The notes beneath the pieces were generated by a model. That model had not been told where the DNA came from. It did no database searches and saw nothing but the letters and a program-made list of their open reading frames with translations. A program made the position numbers and the translations under genes. DNA of 64,000 nt from Rhodospirillaceae bacterium (GTDB lineage: Bacteria > Pseudomonadota > Alphaproteobacteria > Rhodospirillales > UBA2165): positions 1,543 to 65,542 of the forward strand of contig PBNV01000004.1 in assembly GCA_002723345.1 (NCBI GenBank), written 5' to 3'. Below are positions 19,901 through 27,335 of this stretch, in pieces (the stretch's first letter is position 1; each line of letters starts with the position of its first letter).

Positions 19901-20650
19901 CTCCGTGCCTTTGGCCGCCGGACCCTCAAATCAGGCACGATGGAGGTGATCGGCGAGTTTAAGTCATCCGGGCGTAGCGTTGCCGATATGATCTCACGGC
20001 TTACCGGTACGGGCTCGCTTTCACTAAACGCTCTGGATACCTCCAAAGGCGCCGGGGCGGGATCCGCCCTCTCTGGCGTCACCAACCTTTTAACGGCGCT
20101 CTACCAGTTTGCCGGCTCACAGGGCGGTCCTGTCAATACGGCCAAAGCTGATCTCCGCGGCACCTTCAAAATTGAAAAGGGTATCGCCAGTTACGATGAC
20201 ATGACCCTCACGTCACCTGTAGGCAATGTCTCTGCAAAGGGGGTGGTCGATCTCCCGAACTGGCGGATCAACACCTCCGGCACCATAGATCTATCTCGGA
20301 GTTTATTGCTCCAGGTATTGGCGGATCAAAAGGGGCCATCCCTCATACCATTCCAATTGAGCGGACCAATCGAAAAACCGAATGTCAAGCTAGACACAGG
20401 TAAAATCGGCGGCAGGCTTCGAATTCCCGGCGGAATTGGGAAAAAACTCGACAAGGTATTAAAAAACAAGGGATTTGGTGGCGTGCTACAGAATATTCTT
20501 CCCGGCACACGGAACTTACAGCTACCAGCGCAAAGGAGAGAACCCGGCGCACCCAGACCTCAGAGGCCACAGAGACAAAAAGAGCAACAAGCCCCCGCGT
20601 CGAAGCCAGAAGATTTTTTAAAAAATATTCTACGAGGTTTGGGTCGGTAA
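16961..20650 (+). CDS. large AsmA-family protein
   Basis: N-terminal anchor, then PTFINWNQYREEITSQVRNALGQELNIKGDIKLTILPSP AsmA start; beta-rich repeats; C-terminal AsmA_2-like GVVDLPNW...PFQLSGPIEKP. Confidence 0.85.
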   Translation: MKKLLMSVATIAIILVATVLILPTFINWNQYREEITSQVRNALGQELNIKGDIKLTILPSPALAINGIHLANVEGTSTADIVTLRSLEVNIALIPLLGQNIQITSVRLVEPVVNLEILEDGTNNLAFGTAKKEQPEGSISSSVAATDTPTARKQANGNGLGIPSFGGFAVQIDSFVIENGQLTFRDVPRGRVERLDTVNGKFRLASLNGPMEIDGNALIRKIPISFSASVGQIVQDRTLPFRAAAKVIPGDVNLSYSGAISNLREIPMLKGKFSLKGENLNTFVSGVANGMALPPALGRAFSAQATIAASQSKISIPDLAFSLDDTKGTGEITAVLGPTPGANVMLAINKIDLDKLLGTPSHPIPATPKEPTTSSAPSTSSPPRGIQPSASQSADTPLSLATLPENLVSSLSLSIEALKFKGKAIRQANLTAELAGREVTLSQLSALLPGNTDLAMFGFISQNGRAPAFDGTVDMATNDLRGMLDWLGTDVSGIARDRLRKLSFSGKVFAGPRALNLSDFDVQVDKTKIKGAAVISHGERVSLGLNLDVDRINLDAYFPVPKKSAAPKKELTPKLQGTSQDQRPAGPNSPPAPSPGDNPLAHLGLLGALDINLKAKVGSLNVKGVPVSNLAADSVFSNGRLTFNDLSFQNLAGIRGKLTGNLAGLAPVEGVADPTFQDFTFDVRGESLRRFFKFAEIKSPIDPGTFGAVALTGSLNGPPRTLNVTAAIRALRGRFGIDGTVKPLGPVPSLTGQLSFSHPSVIRLLRAFDIKYRPADRNLGGVKLKSNIIASSAAITLSRMTGEATGVSFRGDLALKLNGPKPAVTANLTTGALDLNKYGSKAQKASSKDELLWRYAFEAEPPRARFHKASWSRLSRAPKSQMLFKNVISRLWSNDPMDVSVLNSFDADVTLKTPRLTFGKLPLDNADLAVALHNGVLDVRRATGNLFLGKVKLVGKAVATSGTAQYQSRFTLQGVSMPLALRAFGRRTLKSGTMEVIGEFKSSGRSVADMISRLTGTGSLSLNALDTSKGAGAGSALSGVTNLLTALYQFAGSQGGPVNTAKADLRGTFKIEKGIASYDDMTLTSPVGNVSAKGVVDLPNWRINTSGTIDLSRSLLLQVLADQKGPSLIPFQLSGPIEKPNVKLDTGKIGGRLRIPGGIGKKLDKVLKNKGFGGVLQNILPGTRNLQLPAQRREPGAPRPQRPQRQKEQQAPASKPEDFLKNILRGLGR

Positions 20651-20659
20651 AACTGGCAA

Positions 20660-20875
20660 TCACCCTCCTATCTCTCTTAGGACATAGACCCGTAAAGCAC
20701 TGGAGAGATTACCTGACCGTCCCTCGTCCACTTCAGCCACAAGTTGATTGATGGACAAGCCGCGTCGGTCCGCGAGTTCTTTGAGCACCTCCCAAAAAGC
20801 GTCCTCCAGAGACACACTCGTTCTGTGGCCGGCGACCAAAACAGAGCGCTTTCGAAGGCGACTAGGATCTACCAC
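20660..20875 (-). CDS. ribbon-helix-helix domain protein (RHH_4)
   Basis: KRSVLVAGHRTSVSLEDAFWEVLKELA...NLSSALRVYVL. Confidence 0.9.
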   Translation of the reverse strand: MVDPSRLRKRSVLVAGHRTSVSLEDAFWEVLKELADRRGLSINQLVAEVDEGRSGNLSSALRVYVLREIGG

Positions 20876-21125
20876 GGGATGTCCCGCTTCTTATTGCCTT
20901 TTTGGCAGCGTTCCGCCTAGCTGCGTTGCGGGCCTTTTCCGCCCGGATCGCCCATCTTTCCGGATCATCCACCTTCAAATAAAAGCCGTCCATACGGCTA
21001 AGGATACCGGACATCACACTGTCCTTGAAAAGACCCAAACCGCCAAACATTCTGCGTGGCATGACATCTTCCACCTGTGAGAGCTGATCCAGAATACAAT
21101 TACTATAGTCCGTGCTTAAAGGCAT
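20862..21125 (-). pseudogene. TfoX/Sxy N-terminal domain protein with in-frame internal deletion
   Basis: RRMFGGLGLF and FYLKVDD run directly into PERWAIRAEKARNAARR; the central PF.Y...SY..P segment is absent. Confidence 0.65.
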
Positions 21126-21135
21126 CAGTTCGCGC

Positions 21136-22137
21136 TTACATCAATCGAACAAGACTAATCGCTGCCACCCACGCGGCATTGATTAGGCAGGCGATAGCCG
21201 CGAGGTAAAGTCCTCGGCTGATATCGACAGCCGTCGCCTTTGCCGTCCCATCTCCAATCCAGGCGTCGCGCGTCGTGTTCGTATTAAATTTCCTCGGCCC
21301 CGCCAACGCCAAGTTAAGTGCACCAGCGGTCGCCCCCAGTGGCCAGCCCAGATTACGAGAATGATGTTTCCCCGCATCCCGCAGCATAATCTTAGCCGCA
21401 AGGCTCGGTTTAGCGGTAGGTACCAGGACCGACCCGAGCACCGTGTAAAGCCCTGCCATGCGAGCCGGAACGTACAGCAGAATATCGTTCAGGCGTGCTG
21501 CGGTGAAGCCAAACGCCCGATGCCGGTCTGTCTGATGGCCCACGACCTCGGCCATCATATCTACGGCCCGAAATACCATCAGTCCGGGCAGACCAAACAC
21601 TACGTACCAAAAGACAGGCACCGCCACGCCGCGGGCGATCGCAGCAGCCGACGCCTCGAGGCCAGTCCGGGCAAGATGATGAAGGTCCATGCTTTTCACT
21701 GGCTGGTGTGAGATCGTCGCGATATGCTTGCGGGCTTGGGGCAAATCCTCGCCTCGGAGCGAGTGGCCGCATTTTTGTACTATGGTATATGTGCCTCGCT
21801 GATCCAGAAACAGTGCAATCATGAGGGTTTCAATCATCCAGAATAATTCAATATTTTGTGAAAGCCACGCCAATCCCCAGCCAACGGCACCAGATATCAA
21901 AATGATGATCAGGGCAACAATGGCTCCCCTTACGGCCCGGTCCTCTGGTGATCGGCCCTCCCGGTTGAGCTTACGGTCACACCAGGACACAAATCCGGCG
22001 ATCAACACAAGAGGCGCGCCTGGCCCGCGTGTCAGACTGTAGAACCGGCCGAAAAAGGCTTCCAGAATCAAGGCAAAGACAAGCAAAATGACAGGATCAA
22101 ACCCGCCGTCCGGACGAGATATGCCAAATAAAAACAT
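21136..22137 (-). CDS. cobD: adenosylcobinamide-phosphate synthase CobD/CbiB family
   Basis: DRKLNR, GVAVPVFWY, FGFTAARLNDILLYVPAR, RDAGKHHSRNLGWP, AGALNLALAGPR. Confidence 0.85.
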   Translation of the reverse strand: MFLFGISRPDGGFDPVILLVFALILEAFFGRFYSLTRGPGAPLVLIAGFVSWCDRKLNREGRSPEDRAVRGAIVALIIILISGAVGWGLAWLSQNIELFWMIETLMIALFLDQRGTYTIVQKCGHSLRGEDLPQARKHIATISHQPVKSMDLHHLARTGLEASAAAIARGVAVPVFWYVVFGLPGLMVFRAVDMMAEVVGHQTDRHRAFGFTAARLNDILLYVPARMAGLYTVLGSVLVPTAKPSLAAKIMLRDAGKHHSRNLGWPLGATAGALNLALAGPRKFNTNTTRDAWIGDGTAKATAVDISRGLYLAAIACLINAAWVAAISLVRLM

Positions 22138-22277
22138 TTTACGAGCATGCTCAGCTGCGGCGGATCCGTCAATTGTTCAAATCTATGCGGTTACGGCTTT
22201 TATTTTTCCGTCTTGATGAGCAAACCCCAGGGGCGCTATGAGAAGACGGATAAAAGTAATTTACCAGGTATTTCTTC

Positions 22278-22922
22278 ATGCCCCAGCGCCGCGTTTACCT
22301 TTATCTAGGTGTTGCCGTCCTAATTATCATTATTGGCGTCACTCTCCGTTTCTTTGCGTCGCCCCAGAGCATGGTGAGCCCGGCGGGCGTGACCGTGATG
22401 GACAAGGGTGGTAGGGAGATCAAAGGCAGCAAACCGCCATCGATTGGAGGGCGCTTCACCTTAATCAGCCAGGACGGCAGACCCGTAACGGACGCAGATT
22501 TTAGGGGAAAAAACACCCTCGTATTTTTTGGCTTCACCAACTGTCCCGACGTGTGTCCGCTGACCCTAAACAATATATCCCGGGCAATGGTGTTGCTAGG
22601 CGCGGACGCAAATAAAATTCAACCGCTGTTCATAAGCGTGGACCCTCTCCGCGACACGCCTAATGTGTTGAGGAAGTATCTAAAGCATTTTGATCATCGC
22701 ATCATCGGTCTAACGGGCACCCCGAAACAAGTTGTAGCCGTCCAGCGAGCATACCGCATCTTTGCGCAAAGAAGGAACGCGGTTGGCTCAGGTTCGGATG
22801 ATTATCTGATGGATCATACGTCCATATCCTACATGATGGGCCCAAGCGGGGAATTTAAAACCTTCTTTAGCAACGGCTCAACTCCAGAAGAGTTCGTCAC
22901 CAAGATACGGCAATATCTCTAA
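22278..22922 (+). CDS. SCO1/SenC copper chaperone
   Basis: IGGRFTL, FFGFTNCPDVCP, FISVDPLRD, YLMDHTS. Confidence 0.93.
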   Translation: MPQRRVYLYLGVAVLIIIIGVTLRFFASPQSMVSPAGVTVMDKGGREIKGSKPPSIGGRFTLISQDGRPVTDADFRGKNTLVFFGFTNCPDVCPLTLNNISRAMVLLGADANKIQPLFISVDPLRDTPNVLRKYLKHFDHRIIGLTGTPKQVVAVQRAYRIFAQRRNAVGSGSDDYLMDHTSISYMMGPSGEFKTFFSNGSTPEEFVTKIRQYL

Positions 22923-22980
22923 TCAGAACGGCTCGAAAATTTCGCTGCCGCCGGGATCGAGCTTATGGTAAGAAAACAAC

Positions 22981-23442
22981 ATGAATGTTATCCCTTTCTG
23001 GAAACAAAAATCTCTCTCTGAACTCTCTATGGACGAGTGGGAGTCTCTATGCGACGGGTGCGGGAAATGCTGCCTACATAAGCTTGAAGATGAAGATACC
23101 GATGAGATCTTTCATACCAACGTCGCGTGCGCTTTGCTAGATATTGGAACATGCCGCTGCACAAATTATGTCGAACGCACATTTCGTGTGCCTGATTGCG
23201 TAGAGTTGACAGCTAAAAACCTGACAAGCCTTAAATGGCTGCCACCAACCTGTGCCTACCGCGTAATACACGAAGGCAAGGATCTTGCCTGGTGGCACCC
23301 TTTAGTGTCCGGGGATCCGGACACCGTGCATCGAGCCAATGAATCTGTGAAAAACCGGGCTATACCAGAAAACCAGGCGGGCGGGCTGGAGGATCACATA
23401 GTGACCTGGCCCACGGAGATAAGCGGGGGCGATGCACCCTGA
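22981..23442 (+). CDS. ycgN: YcgN/UPF0260 cysteine-cluster protein
   Basis: [23 protein letters not shown]...[21 protein letters not shown]. Confidence 0.92.
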   Translation: MNVIPFWKQKSLSELSMDEWESLCDGCGKCCLHKLEDEDTDEIFHTNVACALLDIGTCRCTNYVERTFRVPDCVELTAKNLTSLKWLPPTCAYRVIHEGKDLAWWHPLVSGDPDTVHRANESVKNRAIPENQAGGLEDHIVTWPTEISGGDAP

Positions 23443-24140
23443 TGACGGACATTTTCGAAATTTACTACGACGGCGTCCGCATGCCGGTCCGGATAAAATG
23501 GAGCACACAAGCACGGCGGCTTATTTTACGCATGGATCAGACCTCGGAGGGGGGCGTACTCACAGTCCCATTAGGGGCAACAAAAAAAGAGGCGGTTTTG
23601 ATGGCGCAACAGAGTGCGGCTTGGCTTTACGCAAAAATTCGAGACAGGCCAACCCGACAAATGTTTTATGACGGGCATGTCCTCTCTCTCTTGGACAATC
23701 CTGTCACGATTCGCCACGCGCCAGAGGAACGATCCGGCGTTCAACTTGACGGGAGCGAGTTAATCGTCTCAGGACAGGCCGAGCATCTGCAGCGCCGAGT
23801 GTTTGATTGGCTTAAAGGCCATACAAAAGATGTCATCGCCCCCAGGGCTGAAATCATGGCCGATCAACTGGGCAAAAAAATTAGAAAAATCTCTGTGCGT
23901 AACACTCAGTCGCGCTGGGGATCATGCTCCCACACTGGGGATTTATCATTTTGTTGGCGCCTCATCCTTACACCGAACTGGGTTCTGAACTATGTCATCG
24001 CCCATGAAGTATCGCATCTAGCACATATGAATCATGGCCCTGCTTTCTGGAAAACCGTCGAGACTTTTGAGGTGGAAACGGATAGAGCACGAACATGGCT
24101 CAACAAAAACAGTGCCCGGCTGCAAAGAATAGGACCCTGA
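23442..24140 (+). CDS. YgjP/SprT-like (M48/DUF45) zinc metallohydrolase
   Basis: SRWGSCS, LSFCWRLI, YVIAHEVSHLAHMNHGPAFW. Confidence 0.9.
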   Translation: MTDIFEIYYDGVRMPVRIKWSTQARRLILRMDQTSEGGVLTVPLGATKKEAVLMAQQSAAWLYAKIRDRPTRQMFYDGHVLSLLDNPVTIRHAPEERSGVQLDGSELIVSGQAEHLQRRVFDWLKGHTKDVIAPRAEIMADQLGKKIRKISVRNTQSRWGSCSHTGDLSFCWRLILTPNWVLNYVIAHEVSHLAHMNHGPAFWKTVETFEVETDRARTWLNKNSARLQRIGP

Positions 24141-24480
24141 GACATTCTCTCACACCGCAAAGATCGTGTGGTCGCGTAACGGCGGGCTTCTATACTGGCG
24201 TCACAACACAATTAGAAAATACGGGAAAAGGTAATGCACGAGTATACTGACGGAACTACCTGATTGACACCTGTGACGACAGCCCTGATAGAGGCCAGAT
24301 GCAACGGCTGCAAGGATGCTTATCATCGGGCCAGAGAGTAACTTGCCATGTCGATAGCAACTTGGTCCATCGGACCCATGGAAACTCTCAAAGCATATGT
24401 GCAGGAAACGAATAGAAAAAAATGTTGTTGGATGTCGAAACTAGTGACATCACCGGTTACCCACACGGAAAAGTTCTTGC

Positions 24481-26121
24481 TTAAGGCCCTGCTTGTAGGG
24501 CCGCTGCCGACAATTGGTCCCGACCAAGAATGATGTCAGACGCCTTATCCGCAATCATCATGACGGGGGCATTCAAGTTACCGCCGACGATATCCGGCAT
24601 AACCGACGCGTCGACAACCCGAAGGTTTTGACAGCCCCTCACCCTCAAGTCCGGATCCACCACGGACGCCTCGTCAATACCCATGCGACAGGTCCCCACC
24701 GGATGATATACGGTAACGGCGCTTTGTCGAATAAATGCATCAATCTCATCATCACCTTTTACGTCGGGGCCCGGGAGGGTTTCTTCACCGATGTCTCTGT
24801 CAAATGACCCCGCGCCTGCGAGGGTACGCATCAGTTTAAAACTGAACCGCATCGCGCGACGGTCATAGTCTGTGGAGAGAAGATTATTCAAGATGCGCGG
24901 CGGACCATTAGGATTTTCCGGATCAAGCCGAACTATCCCCCGGCTTTCAGGTCGAAGGTGGCAGGCCAGAAACCCCAGGCCATCCATGCCAGCAGGTTTA
25001 ATCAGAGGGAACCATTCATGGGCTTGCACAGAGAATAACCGAAAGAACAACTGAATATCCGGTAGCGCAATCTCAGGCGCGCTTTTGACAAAACCAGTGC
25101 CAAAGCCCAATGGCATGGTGGCGGGGCCATCTTTCTTAAAAAGCGCCCGCAGCATATTGAAACTCAAACGATCAAGCCGAAGTTCCCTATGGAAATCAGA
25201 CCGGCGTTTACGTTTAAACTCGATCGCCACACTGGGATGATCCTGGAGGTTACCGCCTACACTTTCGCGGTCAGCCACTACACGGATTCCCGCTTCCCGA
25301 AGATGGGCGACCGGGCCCACGCCCGATCGCATGAGCAATTGTGGTGAATTAAACGCGCCAGACGCGAGGATGACCTCCCTGGCCGCGGTTGCCGTGAACG
25401 ACCGCCCGCTCTGTGAATAAGTGATACCCGTGGCCTTAGTGCCATCAAAGTCAATCCGGTTCACGTGGGCTTCGGTCACAAGTGTGAGATTGGGTCGATT
25501 GAGCACAGGATGCAAAAACGCGACCGCCGCACTTTGCCGCCGCCCGTCCCCGATATTAAATTGCATGCGCGCTAAGCCCTCTTGCTCAGCCCCGTTAAAG
25601 TCATCTGTCACGGACAGTCCGGCGGCCTTACCAGCTTCGAAATAAGCTTCCATCAGCGGATCTGTGGACGGGTTTGGCTGGGTCTTCAGCGGGCCATCCT
25701 CACCGTGAAAGTCATCAGCTCCCTTGATAAAGGCCTCTGCCTTGCGAAAATACGGTAGGACCCGCTCGTAGCTCCAGTCCGTCAACCCCATTTGAGCCCA
25801 GCGATCATAGTCTCCACTGTTGCCCCGCACATACGCCATCATATTGATGGCCGATGATCCACCCAAGACTTTGCCCCTCGGGTGGTAGAGTTTGCGGTTT
25901 TCCATGTGGGGCTCGGGCTCTGAGTGATAGGACCAGTTAAAGCGGTCCTGGTTCCAGATTTTAGCCACGCCCATAGGGATGTGGATAAGCCAATTGCTAT
26001 CTCTCTTGCCGGCCTCCAGGATCAGCACTCGGTGGGAGGGATTTTCACTCAGACGGTTGGCAAGGACACATCCCGCAGACCCAGCCCCCACAATGACAAA
26101 ATCAAATTTAAAATCGTACAT
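24481..26121 (-). CDS. GMC family FAD oxidoreductase (choline dehydrogenase-like)
   Basis: DFVIVGAGSAGCVLANRLS, PRGKVLGGSSAIN, NSPQLLMRSGVG, YHPVGTCRMG, RVVDASVMP...GNLNAP. Confidence 0.93.
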   Translation of the reverse strand: MYDFKFDFVIVGAGSAGCVLANRLSENPSHRVLILEAGKRDSNWLIHIPMGVAKIWNQDRFNWSYHSEPEPHMENRKLYHPRGKVLGGSSAINMMAYVRGNSGDYDRWAQMGLTDWSYERVLPYFRKAEAFIKGADDFHGEDGPLKTQPNPSTDPLMEAYFEAGKAAGLSVTDDFNGAEQEGLARMQFNIGDGRRQSAAVAFLHPVLNRPNLTLVTEAHVNRIDFDGTKATGITYSQSGRSFTATAAREVILASGAFNSPQLLMRSGVGPVAHLREAGIRVVADRESVGGNLQDHPSVAIEFKRKRRSDFHRELRLDRLSFNMLRALFKKDGPATMPLGFGTGFVKSAPEIALPDIQLFFRLFSVQAHEWFPLIKPAGMDGLGFLACHLRPESRGIVRLDPENPNGPPRILNNLLSTDYDRRAMRFSFKLMRTLAGAGSFDRDIGEETLPGPDVKGDDEIDAFIRQSAVTVYHPVGTCRMGIDEASVVDPDLRVRGCQNLRVVDASVMPDIVGGNLNAPVMMIADKASDIILGRDQLSAAALQAGP

Positions 26122-26124
26122 CGG

Positions 26125-27258
26125 TCAATTCCCCAGAACATCAATGACGATTTGACGGTATTCGTCTCGGGTCGGGCGCACCGGTGCAGCCAAATTGAAA
26201 TGGCTATTGAACGCCTCGTCTATGATCGCGTCCAAATCATTCTTTTCATACCCCATCTCACGCACCCCAGAGGGCAAACCAAGGCGATCATTAATTTCTT
26301 CAGTGCGTTTTGCGATTCGCTCCCCAACACCATCTCCTCCGTTTAGACCCATGGCATGAGCAATGGCGTCCAGTTTGCTGTTAATCCTTCCGTCGTAGAA
26401 TCTCATAATCGTGGGCATGGAGACCGTTACTAGCGTGCCATGGTGCAGGGGGCTGTCCCCGAAAGCCATAGAAAGAGAATGGATTGGTCCCAATCCCATA
26501 TAGATCGCCATCCCGCCCTCGAGCGCCGCCATGGCCATATTGTAGCGGGCTTCTTTATCCGATCCGTCCGATGCCGCCCGATCAATATAGCTCACCGCAC
26601 GGTAAATGCCGTCGAGCGCAATCGCTTCTGTGGGACCATTCTCATTAATGGACAAATATCCCTCAACACAGTGGGTAACTGCATCCATGCCTGTCGCAGC
26701 GGTTAGCCTTGGCGGCAGTGTATAGGTCAATGCAGGGTCGCAAATGGCCAAATCAGGTTTCACGAGGGGACTGCGAATGCCCATGGCCGGGCCATTCTTT
26801 TCGGGATGAATACCACCCCCAAAGGTAATTTCTGCACCCGTGCCCGCCGTGGTTGGTATCGTTATATAGGGGGCAACATTTACACCAATTTTTTCCGGAT
26901 GCTTGAGATAATTGATGACGTCGCCACCCTGCACAGCCACAACACGTAGTGCTTTCCCAGAGTCCAATACGGACCCGCCACCAACAGCCACGACCCCGTC
27001 ACATGCTTCCGACTTGTATGATAGAAGCGCCCGTTCAACGCCGTCAATGGTCGGGTTCTCGGGGATATCATCAAAAACAGCCCATGCCTGGCCTGAAGGC
27101 AAGACACTTGTGACCTGTTGAAATACGCCATGTTCCACAAGCCCCCGGTCAGTTAGAAAGAGAGGTTTAGTTATGCCTCTTTTTTCCAATTCGGGACCAA
27201 GTTCCTGAATGGCACCGAAGTCAAAATGAATGGGAGGGAAATTGGGTAGATAAGCCAC
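26125..27258 (-). CDS. iron-containing alcohol dehydrogenase
   Basis: GGGSVLDSGK, IPTTAGTGAE, TGMDAVTHCVEG, IHSLS, HHG. Confidence 0.92.
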   Translation of the reverse strand: MAYLPNFPPIHFDFGAIQELGPELEKRGITKPLFLTDRGLVEHGVFQQVTSVLPSGQAWAVFDDIPENPTIDGVERALLSYKSEACDGVVAVGGGSVLDSGKALRVVAVQGGDVINYLKHPEKIGVNVAPYITIPTTAGTGAEITFGGGIHPEKNGPAMGIRSPLVKPDLAICDPALTYTLPPRLTAATGMDAVTHCVEGYLSINENGPTEAIALDGIYRAVSYIDRAASDGSDKEARYNMAMAALEGGMAIYMGLGPIHSLSMAFGDSPLHHGTLVTVSMPTIMRFYDGRINSKLDAIAHAMGLNGGDGVGERIAKRTEEINDRLGLPSGVREMGYEKNDLDAIIDEAFNSHFNLAAPVRPTRDEYRQIVIDVLGN

Positions 27259-27335
27259 AGTTAATCCTTTTCAGCCCGGCTATTGGGGGTAATGCGAGTA
27301 ATCAATAACAATTGCCGTTTGGCCAGTCTTTTAGA

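Noticed and set aside
10512-20508. Many long antisense or alternate-frame ORFs over oxoprolinase, MFS and AsmA (also over metH, ettA and PiT)
   Set aside because: Shadow ORFs expected from GC-rich codon bias; no motifs
24141-24480. 340-bp gap between convergent genes with a 61-aa ORF
   Set aside because: ORF overlaps the GMC 3' end and has no homology cue; no structured RNA recognised
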